A stretch of 32,000 nt of DNA from Erysipelotrichaceae bacterium MTC7. Its GTDB lineage: Bacteria > Bacillota_I > Bacilli_A > Erysipelotrichales > Erysipelotrichaceae. This document shows, piece by piece, positions 15,823-25,026 of the stretch. The position numbers were made by a program, and so were the translations under genes. The stretch is from positions 30,001 to 62,000 of the forward strand of contig LVZN01000045.1 in NCBI GenBank assembly GCA_001695645.1, read 5' to 3'. Each line of letters begins with the position of its first letter. Position 1 is the stretch's first letter. The notes under the pieces were generated by a model. The model had not been told where the DNA came from. It saw nothing but the letters and a program-made list of their open reading frames with translations, and did no database searches.

Positions 15823-16594
15823 ATCTTCTAAACCATGCTTTTTTCTTTTTGTAGAAGGGTTTATAGTTTTTTACTGCATTTTGACCAAAGGCACTTTGCA
15901 ACTCAACCATATCTAAGAATTCTCCTTTATCTAAATACTGTGGAGCCAAACGACCAATCGTAGGAAAATCAACTTCCTTTTGCGTTGTATCAACAATCAT
16001 TAAATAACTACCTTCGCCTTCTTTTACCATATACAGCAAATACGCACTTGAAACACTTTTTAGTGTAGGTAGTAACTCTTTTACTGCATCAACAAGTTTT
16101 GTTGGGTACTTAGCAGGAATTCCGATTTGCACAGAAGTCTCTTTTTCTACAACAACTTTTTTCGCACCGGAAAGCATGTCTCTTGTATACATAAAATTCT
16201 CTGTATATGGATTAATGACAAGTCCTGCATATGCTTCATTTTTTAGAACAAGTTCTTTTCCTTCTTCAAAGGAGAGCATTAAGGTTTGTTGGTCTTTCTG
16301 TTTGAGCCATTTACCTAATTCATTCCAATCGGTAAAGTATGGTAAATAGTACTCATTATTTGCATTCGTAATTCCCACAAAACTAATTGTTGAACCTTTT
16401 TCTAGTACTGCTTGATTTCCATCTTGTTCTTTTGTTTTCGCATCAAGTTTGACTGGTACTAAAAATATCGCTTGTTCCAATTCTTGAAAAAATGCTAGTT
16501 CATTTTTTTTGGTTGGTTGTTCCTTCAACTGTTTCATACAAGCAACAAGTTTTGGATTTACCACCGGTTTATTTACATCATAATCTTTTCTCAT
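15821..16594 (-). CDS. SseB-family protein (enhanced serine sensitivity protein-like)
   Basis: 257 aa. The N-terminus NPKLVACMKQLKEQPTKKNELAFFQELEQAIFLVPV and the overall pattern resemble the SseB N- and C-domains. Call is from memory of the family, not a search. Confidence 0.55.
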   Translation of the reverse strand: MRKDYDVNKPVVNPKLVACMKQLKEQPTKKNELAFFQELEQAIFLVPVKLDAKTKEQDGNQAVLEKGSTISFVGITNANNEYYLPYFTDWNELGKWLKQKDQQTLMLSFEEGKELVLKNEAYAGLVINPYTENFMYTRDMLSGAKKVVVEKETSVQIGIPAKYPTKLVDAVKELLPTLKSVSSAYLLYMVKEGEGSYLMIVDTTQKEVDFPTIGRLAPQYLDKGEFLDMVELQSAFGQNAVKNYKPFYKKKKAWFRR

Positions 16595-16633
16595 AGATTC
16601 CCTCTTTTACATCATATACATATGATAGTGTAA

Positions 16634-16661
16634 AACAAGCCAGCATGCGTGCTGACTTGTT
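16634..16661 (-). terminator. Intrinsic terminator after rsmI
   Basis: Minus strand reads AACAAGTCAGCA-CGCA-TGCTGGCTTGTT followed by TTAC, with 11 of 12 pairs. It starts 2 nt after the rsmI stop. The plus-strand version is also followed by a T-run. Confidence 0.65.
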
Positions 16662-16662
16662 T

Positions 16663-17511
16663 TTATGCTTCGTTGTGAAATTCTCTGTATAAATAGTTTT
16701 TGGAAATTCCTTGTTCCTTTGCAACTTTCTTAATTGCTTCTTTACTACTCATTCCAGACTCCATGTATTGTTCAACTTTTTCTTTGAGCAATGGTAGTGG
16801 CATGACATCTTTTTCTTTGTCGCAACCTTCAATAATAACGACCATTTCACCTTTGATTTCACCGACAACTTCAAGTACTTCACTGATTTTTCCACGAATG
16901 AATTCTTCATGCATTTTCGTTAGCTCTCTAGCTAAACAAATATTGCGATCACCTAGCACTTGTAAACTTGTCGTTAACATCTTTTCAATTCGATGTGGTG
17001 CTTCATAGAAGATCATCGTATAAGGAAGTCCTTTTACTTCTTCTAGAAATTTCGCACGCTTGTTTTCCGTTGCATCCATAAACCCATAGAAGACAAATGG
17101 TTGTGGTACAAGTCCACTTGCGACTAACGCATTTAACAAGGCACTACTTCCTGAAATAGGAACGACATTATATCCAGCTTCAATCACTTTTTCTACTAAA
17201 ATATGACCTGGATCAGAAATACAAGGGTACCCTGCATCACTTACTAAAGAAATGTTTTTTCCTTCTTCAAGCAGTTTTAAAATACCTTTAACACTCTCAT
17301 TTTCATTGTGTAAATGGTGTGCAATGATGTTTGTTTCAATGCCAAAGTGATGACACAATTTCTTCGTATTTCGTGTATCCTCTGCAGCAATGACATCAAC
17401 CTCTTTTAAAACCTCAATGGCTCTTGGTGTCATTTCTTGCAAATTACCGATTGGTGTAGCAACAACATACACCGTTGCTTTTTCATTATGAAAACTTTTT
17501 TGTCTAATCAT
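16663..17511 (-). CDS. rsmI: 16S rRNA (cytidine1402-2'-O)-methyltransferase RsmI
   Basis: 282 aa. Motifs: LYVVATPIGNLQEMTPRA, IAAEDTR, SDAGYPCISDPG, YEAPHR. Confidence 0.9.
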   Translation of the reverse strand: MIRQKSFHNEKATVYVVATPIGNLQEMTPRAIEVLKEVDVIAAEDTRNTKKLCHHFGIETNIIAHHLHNENESVKGILKLLEEGKNISLVSDAGYPCISDPGHILVEKVIEAGYNVVPISGSSALLNALVASGLVPQPFVFYGFMDATENKRAKFLEEVKGLPYTMIFYEAPHRIEKMLTTSLQVLGDRNICLARELTKMHEEFIRGKISEVLEVVGEIKGEMVVIIEGCDKEKDVMPLPLLKEKVEQYMESGMSSKEAIKKVAKEQGISKNYLYREFHNEA

Positions 17512-18331
17512 AAAGCTTTACATCCGGCAATAGAACATTAATATCTACAAACTGGATGTCCTCCTTATTTTCAATTTTCGCTTGTTTTAACAATAAATTG
17601 TAACTTGTAATGCGGTATTGTTTCCCATTGAATTCAATACGAGAATTAATCTTTGGTAAATCTTTTCGCATTTCTGTATATAAATCATCTTCGTAACGCA
17701 AACAACATTTCAACTTCCCACATTGTCCTGACAACTTTTGAATATTTAGTGCAAGCAACTGGTTTTTTGCCATGTTGATGGATACCATTTCAAAATCACT
17801 CATATATCTTGAACAACAAGTTTCTTGCCCGCATTGTCCAAGTCCGCCGATCATTTTGGCTTTGTTGCGAGGTCCAACTTGACGTAGTTCAATGCGACAA
17901 TGGAAAATTGATGCCAAACGTTTTAACAATTCACGAAAATCAACACGTTCTTCTGCTACATACACAAATGTGATTTTGCTTTGATCTAACGTATACTCTG
18001 CTTCAATCAAATTCATATCAAGATTTAAACTCTTGATTTCTGCATCACAAGTTTTTAAGGCTTCTTTGGCTTTATCCTTATTTGCTTCATAACGTTCTTT
18101 GTCTTTTTTACTCGCTTTTCGTAAAATGGGTTTTAATTCCATTTTTCCTTGGTGATCAGCGATGGCAACAACCTCACCTGAAACGTGTGCCATTTCCACA
18201 CCACGTACGGTTTCTACAACGACTTGATCACCAATTTGATAATCACCGACTTGTGAACCAAATGTATACGAACGTCCATGTTCTTCAAAGCTTACTGGAA
18301 CTACATAAGCAAATGTATGATTCTTACTCAT
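17504..18331 (-). CDS. yaaT: PSP1-domain protein YaaT/RicT
   Basis: 275 aa. Cys-rich PSP1 region (GQCGQETCCSRY…SGQCGKLKCCLRYE). Located between holB and rsmI, as in Bacillus. Confidence 0.85.
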   Translation of the reverse strand: MSKNHTFAYVVPVSFEEHGRSYTFGSQVGDYQIGDQVVVETVRGVEMAHVSGEVVAIADHQGKMELKPILRKASKKDKERYEANKDKAKEALKTCDAEIKSLNLDMNLIEAEYTLDQSKITFVYVAEERVDFRELLKRLASIFHCRIELRQVGPRNKAKMIGGLGQCGQETCCSRYMSDFEMVSINMAKNQLLALNIQKLSGQCGKLKCCLRYEDDLYTEMRKDLPKINSRIEFNGKQYRITSYNLLLKQAKIENKEDIQFVDINVLLPDVKLYD

Positions 18332-18333
18332 AT

Positions 18334-19287
18334 TTACACCTCCATTTCATATAGAAATTCATCCATTAGTAAAGCTGTATTTACACCTTTACGATTTTTA
18401 TCTTTCATCTTATTGCATACAACCATAAACTTTGTTGCTAACGTTTCATCGATGCTAGCTAGCAATTGATCGTATGTTTCGATTGTTGTGGTTTGTTGCA
18501 TCAATCGATCTTTACCTAAGCTAATTAACATTTCAAACACGTACTTAGCAACCAAGCGCACATCGCGCTTACCTTTGGCAAATCCTTGTTGGATTAATAC
18601 ATTGACATCGCGATCACGGTTGCTTATTTTCTTAACAACATGTTCAAATAAATACCGTGCATGTTGGTATTCATCACTTTCTTCTATTTCAATGACCTTT
18701 GCTAAATCGACTTGCATGTGGGAAAGTAAATACGCATCGTATCGATCCACTTCTGTTTGCAGTTTATTAAATACCACATTTTCTTTTTGCTTATGGAAAT
18801 GTATCATCTGACACCGTGACTTGATGGTATCCAACAATTGATCTGGGTGTTCCACCAACAAAATTGCCATCACTGGACTGGTTGGCTCTTCTAGAAAGGT
18901 CAACAAGCTGTTCAACGCACTGGGTGTTGCATTTTCTGCATGATCAATGATGTAAATTTTCATGCCAATCGACTCTAAATTTGTTTTGGCAAACTCTTCT
19001 TTTAGTTTTATCACATCTTCTTTTTTAATGGATGTTGTGGTCCCATCTAGGTAGATAAAGTCTGCATAGTTATGATGCATGATACGTTTACACGTGTCAC
19101 ATGTTTCATCAGCAAACCCTTCACTTTCACAAACCAAACTTTGCGCAAGCAACATCGCAGTCTCTTTTTTTGGTGTATTTTGGTCACCAACAAACATATA
19201 CGCATGTGCCAAACGATCATTTAACAATGCATTTTCTAACACTTGATACACGCGTGGCTGTTCTTTTTTTAACTGTTCTTTAAACAT
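18334..19287 (-). CDS. holB: DNA polymerase III subunit delta-prime
   Basis: 317 aa. Motifs: RLAHAYMFVG, zinc-module-like CESEGFADETCDTCKRI, LLTFLEEP, TIKSRCQ. Overlaps the tmk stop by 8 nt. Confidence 0.85.
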   Translation of the reverse strand: MFKEQLKKEQPRVYQVLENALLNDRLAHAYMFVGDQNTPKKETAMLLAQSLVCESEGFADETCDTCKRIMHHNYADFIYLDGTTTSIKKEDVIKLKEEFAKTNLESIGMKIYIIDHAENATPSALNSLLTFLEEPTSPVMAILLVEHPDQLLDTIKSRCQMIHFHKQKENVVFNKLQTEVDRYDAYLLSHMQVDLAKVIEIEESDEYQHARYLFEHVVKKISNRDRDVNVLIQQGFAKGKRDVRLVAKYVFEMLISLGKDRLMQQTTTIETYDQLLASIDETLATKFMVVCNKMKDKNRKGVNTALLMDEFLYEMEV

Positions 19288-19909
19288 GATCGATAACTTC
19301 TTTCACCTTTTTATACGTATTTGCATATACGGTATCAACATCTTGGTTTGCATCAATGACAGTGATACGCTCAGGATAGCGCGCTGCAACTTCATCATAT
19401 CCTTTGGCAACTAAGTGATGAAAGTCTTCACTTTCTTGATCCAAACGATCCAAGTGTTGTCTTGAAGCGATGCGTTGTAACCCTTGTTCTGGTGTAACGC
19501 GCAACAATAACGTTGCATCTGGCATTGTATCTGCAATTGCAAATTGATTCATTTCATAGATTTCATCAATACCTAAACCACGCGCAACCCCTTGGTAGGC
19601 AAGTGAGGAATCGATAAAGCGGTCACATAGGACAATCGTTCCCTTTTCTAGCGCAGGAATGACTTTTTCTACTAAGTGTTGACGACGTGCAGCTGCATAA
19701 AGCAATGCTTCGGTTCGCGCATCCATCGCCGTATGTGCAGGATCCAAAATAAGTTCACGGATTTTTTCTGCAATCTCAATACCACCAGGTTCTCGTGTTT
19801 GCATCACATCATAACCTTCCTCGACTAGTTGCTTATATATTCTTGAAGAAATGGTTGTTTTTCCACATCCTTCATTGCCTTCAAATGTAATAAATGAACC
19901 TTTTTTCAT
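19280..19909 (-). CDS. tmk: Thymidylate kinase
   Basis: Start moved to ATG 19909 (MKKGSFITFEGNEGCGKTT, P-loop) after GAGGT. Motifs: REPGG, DRFIDSSLAYQG. Confidence 0.92.
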   Translation of the reverse strand: MKKGSFITFEGNEGCGKTTISSRIYKQLVEEGYDVMQTREPGGIEIAEKIRELILDPAHTAMDARTEALLYAAARRQHLVEKVIPALEKGTIVLCDRFIDSSLAYQGVARGLGIDEIYEMNQFAIADTMPDATLLLRVTPEQGLQRIASRQHLDRLDQESEDFHHLVAKGYDEVAARYPERITVIDANQDVDTVYANTYKKVKEVIDHV

Positions 19910-20028
19910 AAGTACCTCACGTTCACTGATTATTATACCATTTTTCTTATTTCTTCGTACGATAAACATGAAAGTTCTACCGGTGTTTATTCTTTATGGT
20001 AAAATGATAAGTAACAATGGGGGTACCA

Positions 20029-20856
20029 ATGAATTATATAGCAGATTTTCACATCCATTCACAATTTAGTGATGACTCGGATGAACAATTGGAAAACATC
20101 ATTCAAACAGCAATCAAAAAAGGGTTACAAGAAATTTGCATAACGGACCATGTGGATTACGGAGTAAAGTACGATCATGATGATCCTGCCTACATCAATG
20201 CTGAAAGCGTGGTTCGTAACGTGAACTATCCACTTTACATAGAAACTTTAAAGCAACTGCAAGAACGCTACAAGAACCAACTTACGATTCGCATAGGATT
20301 GGAATTTGGCATGCAAAGCCACCGCATTGCTGCTTATCAAAAACTGTATGATCAACTGGATTTAGATTTTGTCATTCTTTCGTGTCATCAAATCGATGAT
20401 AAGGAGTTTTGGAATCAAGAATACCAGGAAGGTAAAACAGAAGATGAGATGAGTTTAGGGTACTATGAAGAACTCTTAAACCTTGTAAAAAACTACAAGG
20501 ATTATGCCATCCTAGGTCATTTGGATCATTTGGAACGTTACATTCCTAGACACTATCCATTTGAAAAAGCAAAACCCATCCTGACAGAAATGCTTAAAAT
20601 TGTAATTGCTGATGGAAAAGGTATTGAAGTCAATACTTCAAGTTTTGCCTACAACCTTAACGATCTCACACCAGCTAAAGACATCCTGCAGTTATATTTT
20701 GATTTGGGTGGTCGTATTGTTACGCTTGGTTCTGATGCACACATAGCAAGTCGTGTAGCAGATCACTTTGATCAAGTCGCAGCTATCTTAAAAGAGATTG
20801 GCTTTACATCATATTACACGTTTGCAAAAATGCAACCAACTGCTCATGCACTTTAA
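20029..20856 (+). CDS. PHP-domain phosphatase, HisJ-family histidinol-phosphatase-like
   Basis: Start moved to ATG 20029 (MNYIADFHIHSQFSDDS) after GGGGGT. Motifs: ITDHVDYG, LGHLDH, GSDAH. An extended -10 TGGTAAAAT lies at 19997-20005. Confidence 0.75.
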   Translation: MNYIADFHIHSQFSDDSDEQLENIIQTAIKKGLQEICITDHVDYGVKYDHDDPAYINAESVVRNVNYPLYIETLKQLQERYKNQLTIRIGLEFGMQSHRIAAYQKLYDQLDLDFVILSCHQIDDKEFWNQEYQEGKTEDEMSLGYYEELLNLVKNYKDYAILGHLDHLERYIPRHYPFEKAKPILTEMLKIVIADGKGIEVNTSSFAYNLNDLTPAKDILQLYFDLGGRIVTLGSDAHIASRVADHFDQVAAILKEIGFTSYYTFAKMQPTAHAL

Positions 20857-20880
20857 AAGGAACCTTACGGTTCCTTTTTT
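20855..20880. terminator. Bidirectional terminator between convergent genes
   Basis: AAAAGGAACC-TTAC-GGTTCCTTTT followed by TT. This is a perfect 10-bp stem with A/T tracts on both sides, abutting both stop codons. Confidence 0.8.
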
Positions 20881-21841
20881 AGATATGTGTCTCGATTAAT
20901 TTACATGTTCCTTTGATTTCTACTTGATGGTTTCCTGCAGGAATAAAGAAACTATCCCCTTTTACAAATGGTAAGGATTGACCATCGCTGATCAATTCTC
21001 CTGTTCCCTCTAAAATGACAAGTGAACAGAAGGAACTATCATGGATTTCCATGATGTCGCTTGTTTGCACTTCAATTTCCGTTGACGTGAAGTATTGGCT
21101 ACCATTAAGCAGTGTCGATGTATACCCATCGTGCATTTCTTTTTCACCTTCTGGATCTCCAGCTTTGGTGTTTGGGTACAATTTTGAGACATCAACAGCT
21201 TTATCAATGTGTAACTCACGTGGTTTTCCATCAACGCCAACGCGTCCAAAATCATATACTCGATAGGTTGAGTTTGAATTTTGTTGGATTTCACAAATTA
21301 AACAGCCAGCACCAATTGCATGAATCGTTCCAGCTTCAATAAAGAAACAATCTCCTTGTTTTACTTCGACTTTATTTAAGACGTTTAAAATCGTATCGTC
21401 TTCAATATGGTGACGGAATGCCTCCTTATCCATGGTTTGGTTTACGCCATAATATAAGAATGAACCTGGATCACAATCCATAATGTACCACATTTCATTT
21501 TTCCCATATTCATGTTCCACACGTAATGCGTACGCATCATCTGGGTGTACTTGAATCGATAATGCTTGTTTTGCATCGATAAATTTAATCAAAATTGGAA
21601 ACTCTTCAAAACGTTCTACGTTTTTACCTAATACAGCTTTCCCTTCTGCCGCTAAATAGTCGATAAACGTTTTACCTTTATATGTTCCATTAAGAACTTC
21701 AGAAGGTCCATCCGGGTGTGCACTTAATACCCAAGCCTCAGCAACTTTACTATAATCTGTTTGGTAGTGAAATTGATCTTTCAATCGTGTTCCACCCCAT
21801 AGATAGTCTTTAAACGCTGGTGCTAATTTAATTATTTCCAT
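20879..21841 (-). CDS. manA: Mannose-6-phosphate isomerase, class I
   Basis: 320 aa. Motifs: DYLWGGTRL, LSIQVHPDD, KNEMWYI, AGTIHAIG, and a cupin C-domain. GGAG upstream. Confidence 0.88.
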   Translation of the reverse strand: MEIIKLAPAFKDYLWGGTRLKDQFHYQTDYSKVAEAWVLSAHPDGPSEVLNGTYKGKTFIDYLAAEGKAVLGKNVERFEEFPILIKFIDAKQALSIQVHPDDAYALRVEHEYGKNEMWYIMDCDPGSFLYYGVNQTMDKEAFRHHIEDDTILNVLNKVEVKQGDCFFIEAGTIHAIGAGCLICEIQQNSNSTYRVYDFGRVGVDGKPRELHIDKAVDVSKLYPNTKAGDPEGEKEMHDGYTSTLLNGSQYFTSTEIEVQTSDIMEIHDSSFCSLVILEGTGELISDGQSLPFVKGDSFFIPAGNHQVEIKGTCKLIETHI

Positions 21842-21987
21842 ACATATGTCTCCTATTTCTCAACCAAGAGCAAATCAAGCTATTGGTTATTTTTTCTATT
21901 TCTACTATAATCCTTCGTGTGTATTTTTTCCAGTAATTGTTGTTGCTCGTGAATGTCCACGTTAAAAATCTTGGTTACCAAACATTT

Positions 21988-23058
21988 TTACTTGGCTTTC
22001 AACGAATTTCGATTGTTAATTATTTCGGTCAGTATCATCTTCAAGATTCGAAGTAATGCATCTCGTTTCTCTTTATCAACTTTACTGAAGGATTTTACCA
22101 ACATCAATGAGATCTGTTGCCATGAAGTGCCAAGTTGTCCCACATCCGTTATTTCGTTTGTATCAAGAATGTCAAAGATGTGTTGGATAAATGCTTTTCT
22201 TTCTTCGAGTTGTAAACTGGTCAGTGCTTCGTAGGCACTTTTATTGATTTGTGATAGTCGCTCATCCATGGCATCCACATAGACAAAGTCCGTATCTTCA
22301 ATCAACCAAGAATATAAATTGTGTTGGGCAAGCCAAACTTCATCGCTTTTGATAATTTTATAATTGTTTGTTTTTTCAAAGATCAATCCGATGAGTGAAG
22401 CTTGAGGTACAAATTTCTCAAATTTATCTTTGATCGAATCCATACATAGTTCACTTTGTAAACCTGGGCCATCCAAACTGTACACTTTATCAATTTTCTT
22501 TTGTAGATGTTTACTTACTTGTAAAGATGCATAGGTGGCAATACTTCCACCTTTGGAATGTCCTATAATAGTCGCTTTGATAAATGGGCGTTTCAACATT
22601 TTTTCTAGGTAGTTAACACCCTCTGCTTGTGCTGGAATTACCGGTTCAATAAGCATATTGAAATCTTCTTTCCAACCGAGTATCGATGTATCGGTTCCTT
22701 GAAAAGCGATGTAATACTGTCGCTTGTATTTAAATGTTACCGCATAAAACTGTTCTTGTTTTACTTGGTCAAAGACCTTTTTGGTATCGATGAGTTTCAC
22801 ATCTTGGTAACGTTTTGCATGAGCTAAGGCAAGTAACAGTCTTTGATTTTGTCCACCGCTTAAATAGTCTTTTTCGAGTTCTTGCAAATCCAAGTAACTC
22901 ACGATGGTTTTAAAATCAGCCTGCTTGTACTGGGTAAGTATATCTTTGTAGTCGATATAACTGAGCTGTGCCATCAACAATGCATCAATATGCGTAAAAG
23001 GGAGTTCTTGCAAACTCCTGTTTTGATATTTTTGAATGTAGCGAAAAATATCTGACAT
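21988..23058 (-). CDS. DUF2974 (Mbeg1-like) alpha/beta-hydrolase-fold protein, second paralog
   Basis: 356 aa. Motifs: FQGTDTSILGWKEDFNM, IGHSKGGSIATYA, DGPGL. AAGGGAG SD. Only 21 nt after the ldh stop, with no hairpin between. Confidence 0.75.
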   Translation of the reverse strand: MSDIFRYIQKYQNRSLQELPFTHIDALLMAQLSYIDYKDILTQYKQADFKTIVSYLDLQELEKDYLSGGQNQRLLLALAHAKRYQDVKLIDTKKVFDQVKQEQFYAVTFKYKRQYYIAFQGTDTSILGWKEDFNMLIEPVIPAQAEGVNYLEKMLKRPFIKATIIGHSKGGSIATYASLQVSKHLQKKIDKVYSLDGPGLQSELCMDSIKDKFEKFVPQASLIGLIFEKTNNYKIIKSDEVWLAQHNLYSWLIEDTDFVYVDAMDERLSQINKSAYEALTSLQLEERKAFIQHIFDILDTNEITDVGQLGTSWQQISLMLVKSFSKVDKEKRDALLRILKMILTEIINNRNSLKAK

Positions 23059-23079
23059 TTGAAGAACTCCCTTTTTTAC

Positions 23080-24048
23080 TTATGTTTCTTGAATGACTGG
23101 CAATGCTGTTTCGTTAAAGACTTTCTTTAACGATTCGCATGATGTATCAAATTTACCTTGGTCAACTTCGTTTAATGGGAGTTTAATGATTTCTCTAACT
23201 CCTTTTCGACAGATGATGGCAGGAACCCCAATGTAGAGTCCGGTTTGTCCATACTCTCCATTTTGGTACGCACTGACTGGAATCACAATGTCTTCATTGT
23301 TTAAAATGGCAAGTACAATCTTATTCAATGATAACCCAATTCCATAATTTGTGACACCTTTTAAGTCAATGACCTCATAGGCAGCATCACGAACTTCTTT
23401 ATAAATGTCCAATAAGTCGCTAAAATCTTTTCCTTGTTCATCAATATAAGTAAGCAAGCTTTTGGCACCGACATAACAGTTGGTCCAAGAAACAAAACTT
23501 GAGTCACCATGTTCTCCTAAGATGTATGCGTGGATACTTCTTGGGTTAATCCCTAGATAGTCACCCATCAAAAACCGAAGTCGTGCAGAGTCCAATGACG
23601 TACCTGAACCAAACACTTGATTGTGTGGCAATCCAGTGACTTCTTGAGCAACACAAGTCAGTACATCTACCGGGTTGGTTGCAATAATTAAGACTCCATT
23701 AAACCCACTAGCTTTAATGTTTTGCGAGATTTCTTTAATAATTCTCGTGTTGATTGCTGTAAGTTCAAGTCGTGATTGTCCTGGCTTTTGATTGGCCCCT
23801 GCAGTTACGACAATAATATTTGCATCTGCACACTCTTCATAACCACCTGATTTAATCACCATCTTTGAATTTGGTGCATAAGGCAATCCATGTGATAAAT
23901 CCATCGCTTCACCGCGTGCTTTTCCTTCATTCACATCAATTAGGACGAGTTCATCTATACCGTTCGCCATTAATAATGTATACGCCATACTCATACCAAC
24001 AGAACCTGTTCCAACAAGTACAACTTTTCGATCTGTAATCGTTCTCAT
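23080..24048 (-). CDS. ldh: L-lactate dehydrogenase
   Basis: The ORF-track frame (23080..24360) is trimmed to ATG 24048 (MRTITDRKVVLVGTGSVGMSMAY), preceded by GGAG. Motifs: VVTAGANQKPGQSR, GEHGDS. 322 aa, the typical LDH length. Confidence 0.92.
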   Translation of the reverse strand: MRTITDRKVVLVGTGSVGMSMAYTLLMANGIDELVLIDVNEGKARGEAMDLSHGLPYAPNSKMVIKSGGYEECADANIIVVTAGANQKPGQSRLELTAINTRIIKEISQNIKASGFNGVLIIATNPVDVLTCVAQEVTGLPHNQVFGSGTSLDSARLRFLMGDYLGINPRSIHAYILGEHGDSSFVSWTNCYVGAKSLLTYIDEQGKDFSDLLDIYKEVRDAAYEVIDLKGVTNYGIGLSLNKIVLAILNNEDIVIPVSAYQNGEYGQTGLYIGVPAIICRKGVREIIKLPLNEVDQGKFDTSCESLKKVFNETALPVIQET

Positions 24049-24178
24049 AGTATCACTCCTATTCTTTCCCTTATTGTACATGCATTGCATCGATTGTACC
24101 ATTGTAATGATTTTAGTTTTGCAATATTCCTTTTTGTATGGGTAAAAAAAACATGTATAATGAAGTGGAGGTACCCCT

Positions 24179-25000
24179 ATGTACAAAATTATTGCAACAG
24201 ATTTAGATGAAACATTACTTAACGATGCTCGTGAAGTCTCATTAAAAACAAAAGAAGCCATTTCTAAAGCACAACAGATGGGTGTGTATATTGTTCCTTG
24301 TAGTGGACGCGCTCCTGGTTTTTTAGCCAATCTATATGATGAACTCCATATCAATAACAATGAAAACTACAGCATCCTGGCAAACGGATCCATCGTTATT
24401 GAAAACAAAAGTGAACGAATTATATTCATTGAAAGCATTCCTTACGATATTGGTTCACGTGTATTTAAAGATGCTACCAATAAAGGATATTGTGTTGAAG
24501 TTTTTGTACCTGATGCAGTTTATGTATTTCAAGTCACACCAGATGAAAAAGCAAGACTCCATAGTTTTGGTGAACGTATGAAATTTATTGATGATGTGGA
24601 TTATCAAATCTTCAAAGCACAACAAGTCATTAAGATTTTGGTGGTGAAAGATAATGCCATTCCAGAATTTCAAGCATATGCGCAAAGTCATCCTCTTGTC
24701 TTTGAACATGTTTGTGTAAGTTACTCAAGCAATCGATATATGGAAATCAATCCTTTGAACGTACATAAAGGATTGGGTCTAAGTGCATTAGCAAATCATC
24801 TTCAAATTCCAATGGAACAAACCATTGGCGTTGGTGATAACTACAATGATGAAGGTTTAATGAAAGAAGCAGGATTAAGCATTGCTGTATCCAATGCCAT
24901 TGATGATATCAAGAAACTAGCTGATGTCGTATTACCATATTCGAATAATGAAGATGCCTTAGCACATGTCATTGAAGATTATGTATTTTCAAAACGGTAG
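24179..25000 (+). CDS. Cof-type HAD-IIB family phosphatase
   Basis: 273 aa. Motif I IATDLDETLL, then SGR, then GDNYNDEGLM. GGAGG SD and an extended -10 TGTATAAT upstream. Confidence 0.85.
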   Translation: MYKIIATDLDETLLNDAREVSLKTKEAISKAQQMGVYIVPCSGRAPGFLANLYDELHINNNENYSILANGSIVIENKSERIIFIESIPYDIGSRVFKDATNKGYCVEVFVPDAVYVFQVTPDEKARLHSFGERMKFIDDVDYQIFKAQQVIKILVVKDNAIPEFQAYAQSHPLVFEHVCVSYSSNRYMEINPLNVHKGLGLSALANHLQIPMEQTIGVGDNYNDEGLMKEAGLSIAVSNAIDDIKKLADVVLPYSNNEDALAHVIEDYVFSKR

Positions 25001-25026
25001 TGGTATAATGGAGCAAGGTGATAAAC

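Noticed and set aside
21842-21987. 146-bp gap upstream of manA checked for a riboswitch, small ORF or sRNA
   Set aside because: It holds only a 6-bp AACCAA/TTGGTT stem and a weak CTTGG-TAA-CCAAG hairpin. The longest ORF is 7 codons. I recognised no conserved RNA motif, and it is probably just the manA promoter plus a weak terminator.
24078-24140. 20-codon plus-strand ORF (MHCIDCTIVMILVLQYSFLYG) in the ldh/HAD intergenic region
   Set aside because: It has no Shine-Dalgarno, lies upstream of the predicted HAD promoter, and overlaps the ldh promoter motifs. It is most likely fortuitous.
24049-24360. 104-codon N-terminal extension of the ldh ORF (track gives 23080..24360)
   Set aside because: The extension crosses the divergent promoter region and overlaps the HAD phosphatase gene in antisense. 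The LDH Rossmann N-terminus (MRTITDRKVVLVGTGSVG) starts at 24048 with its own SD.
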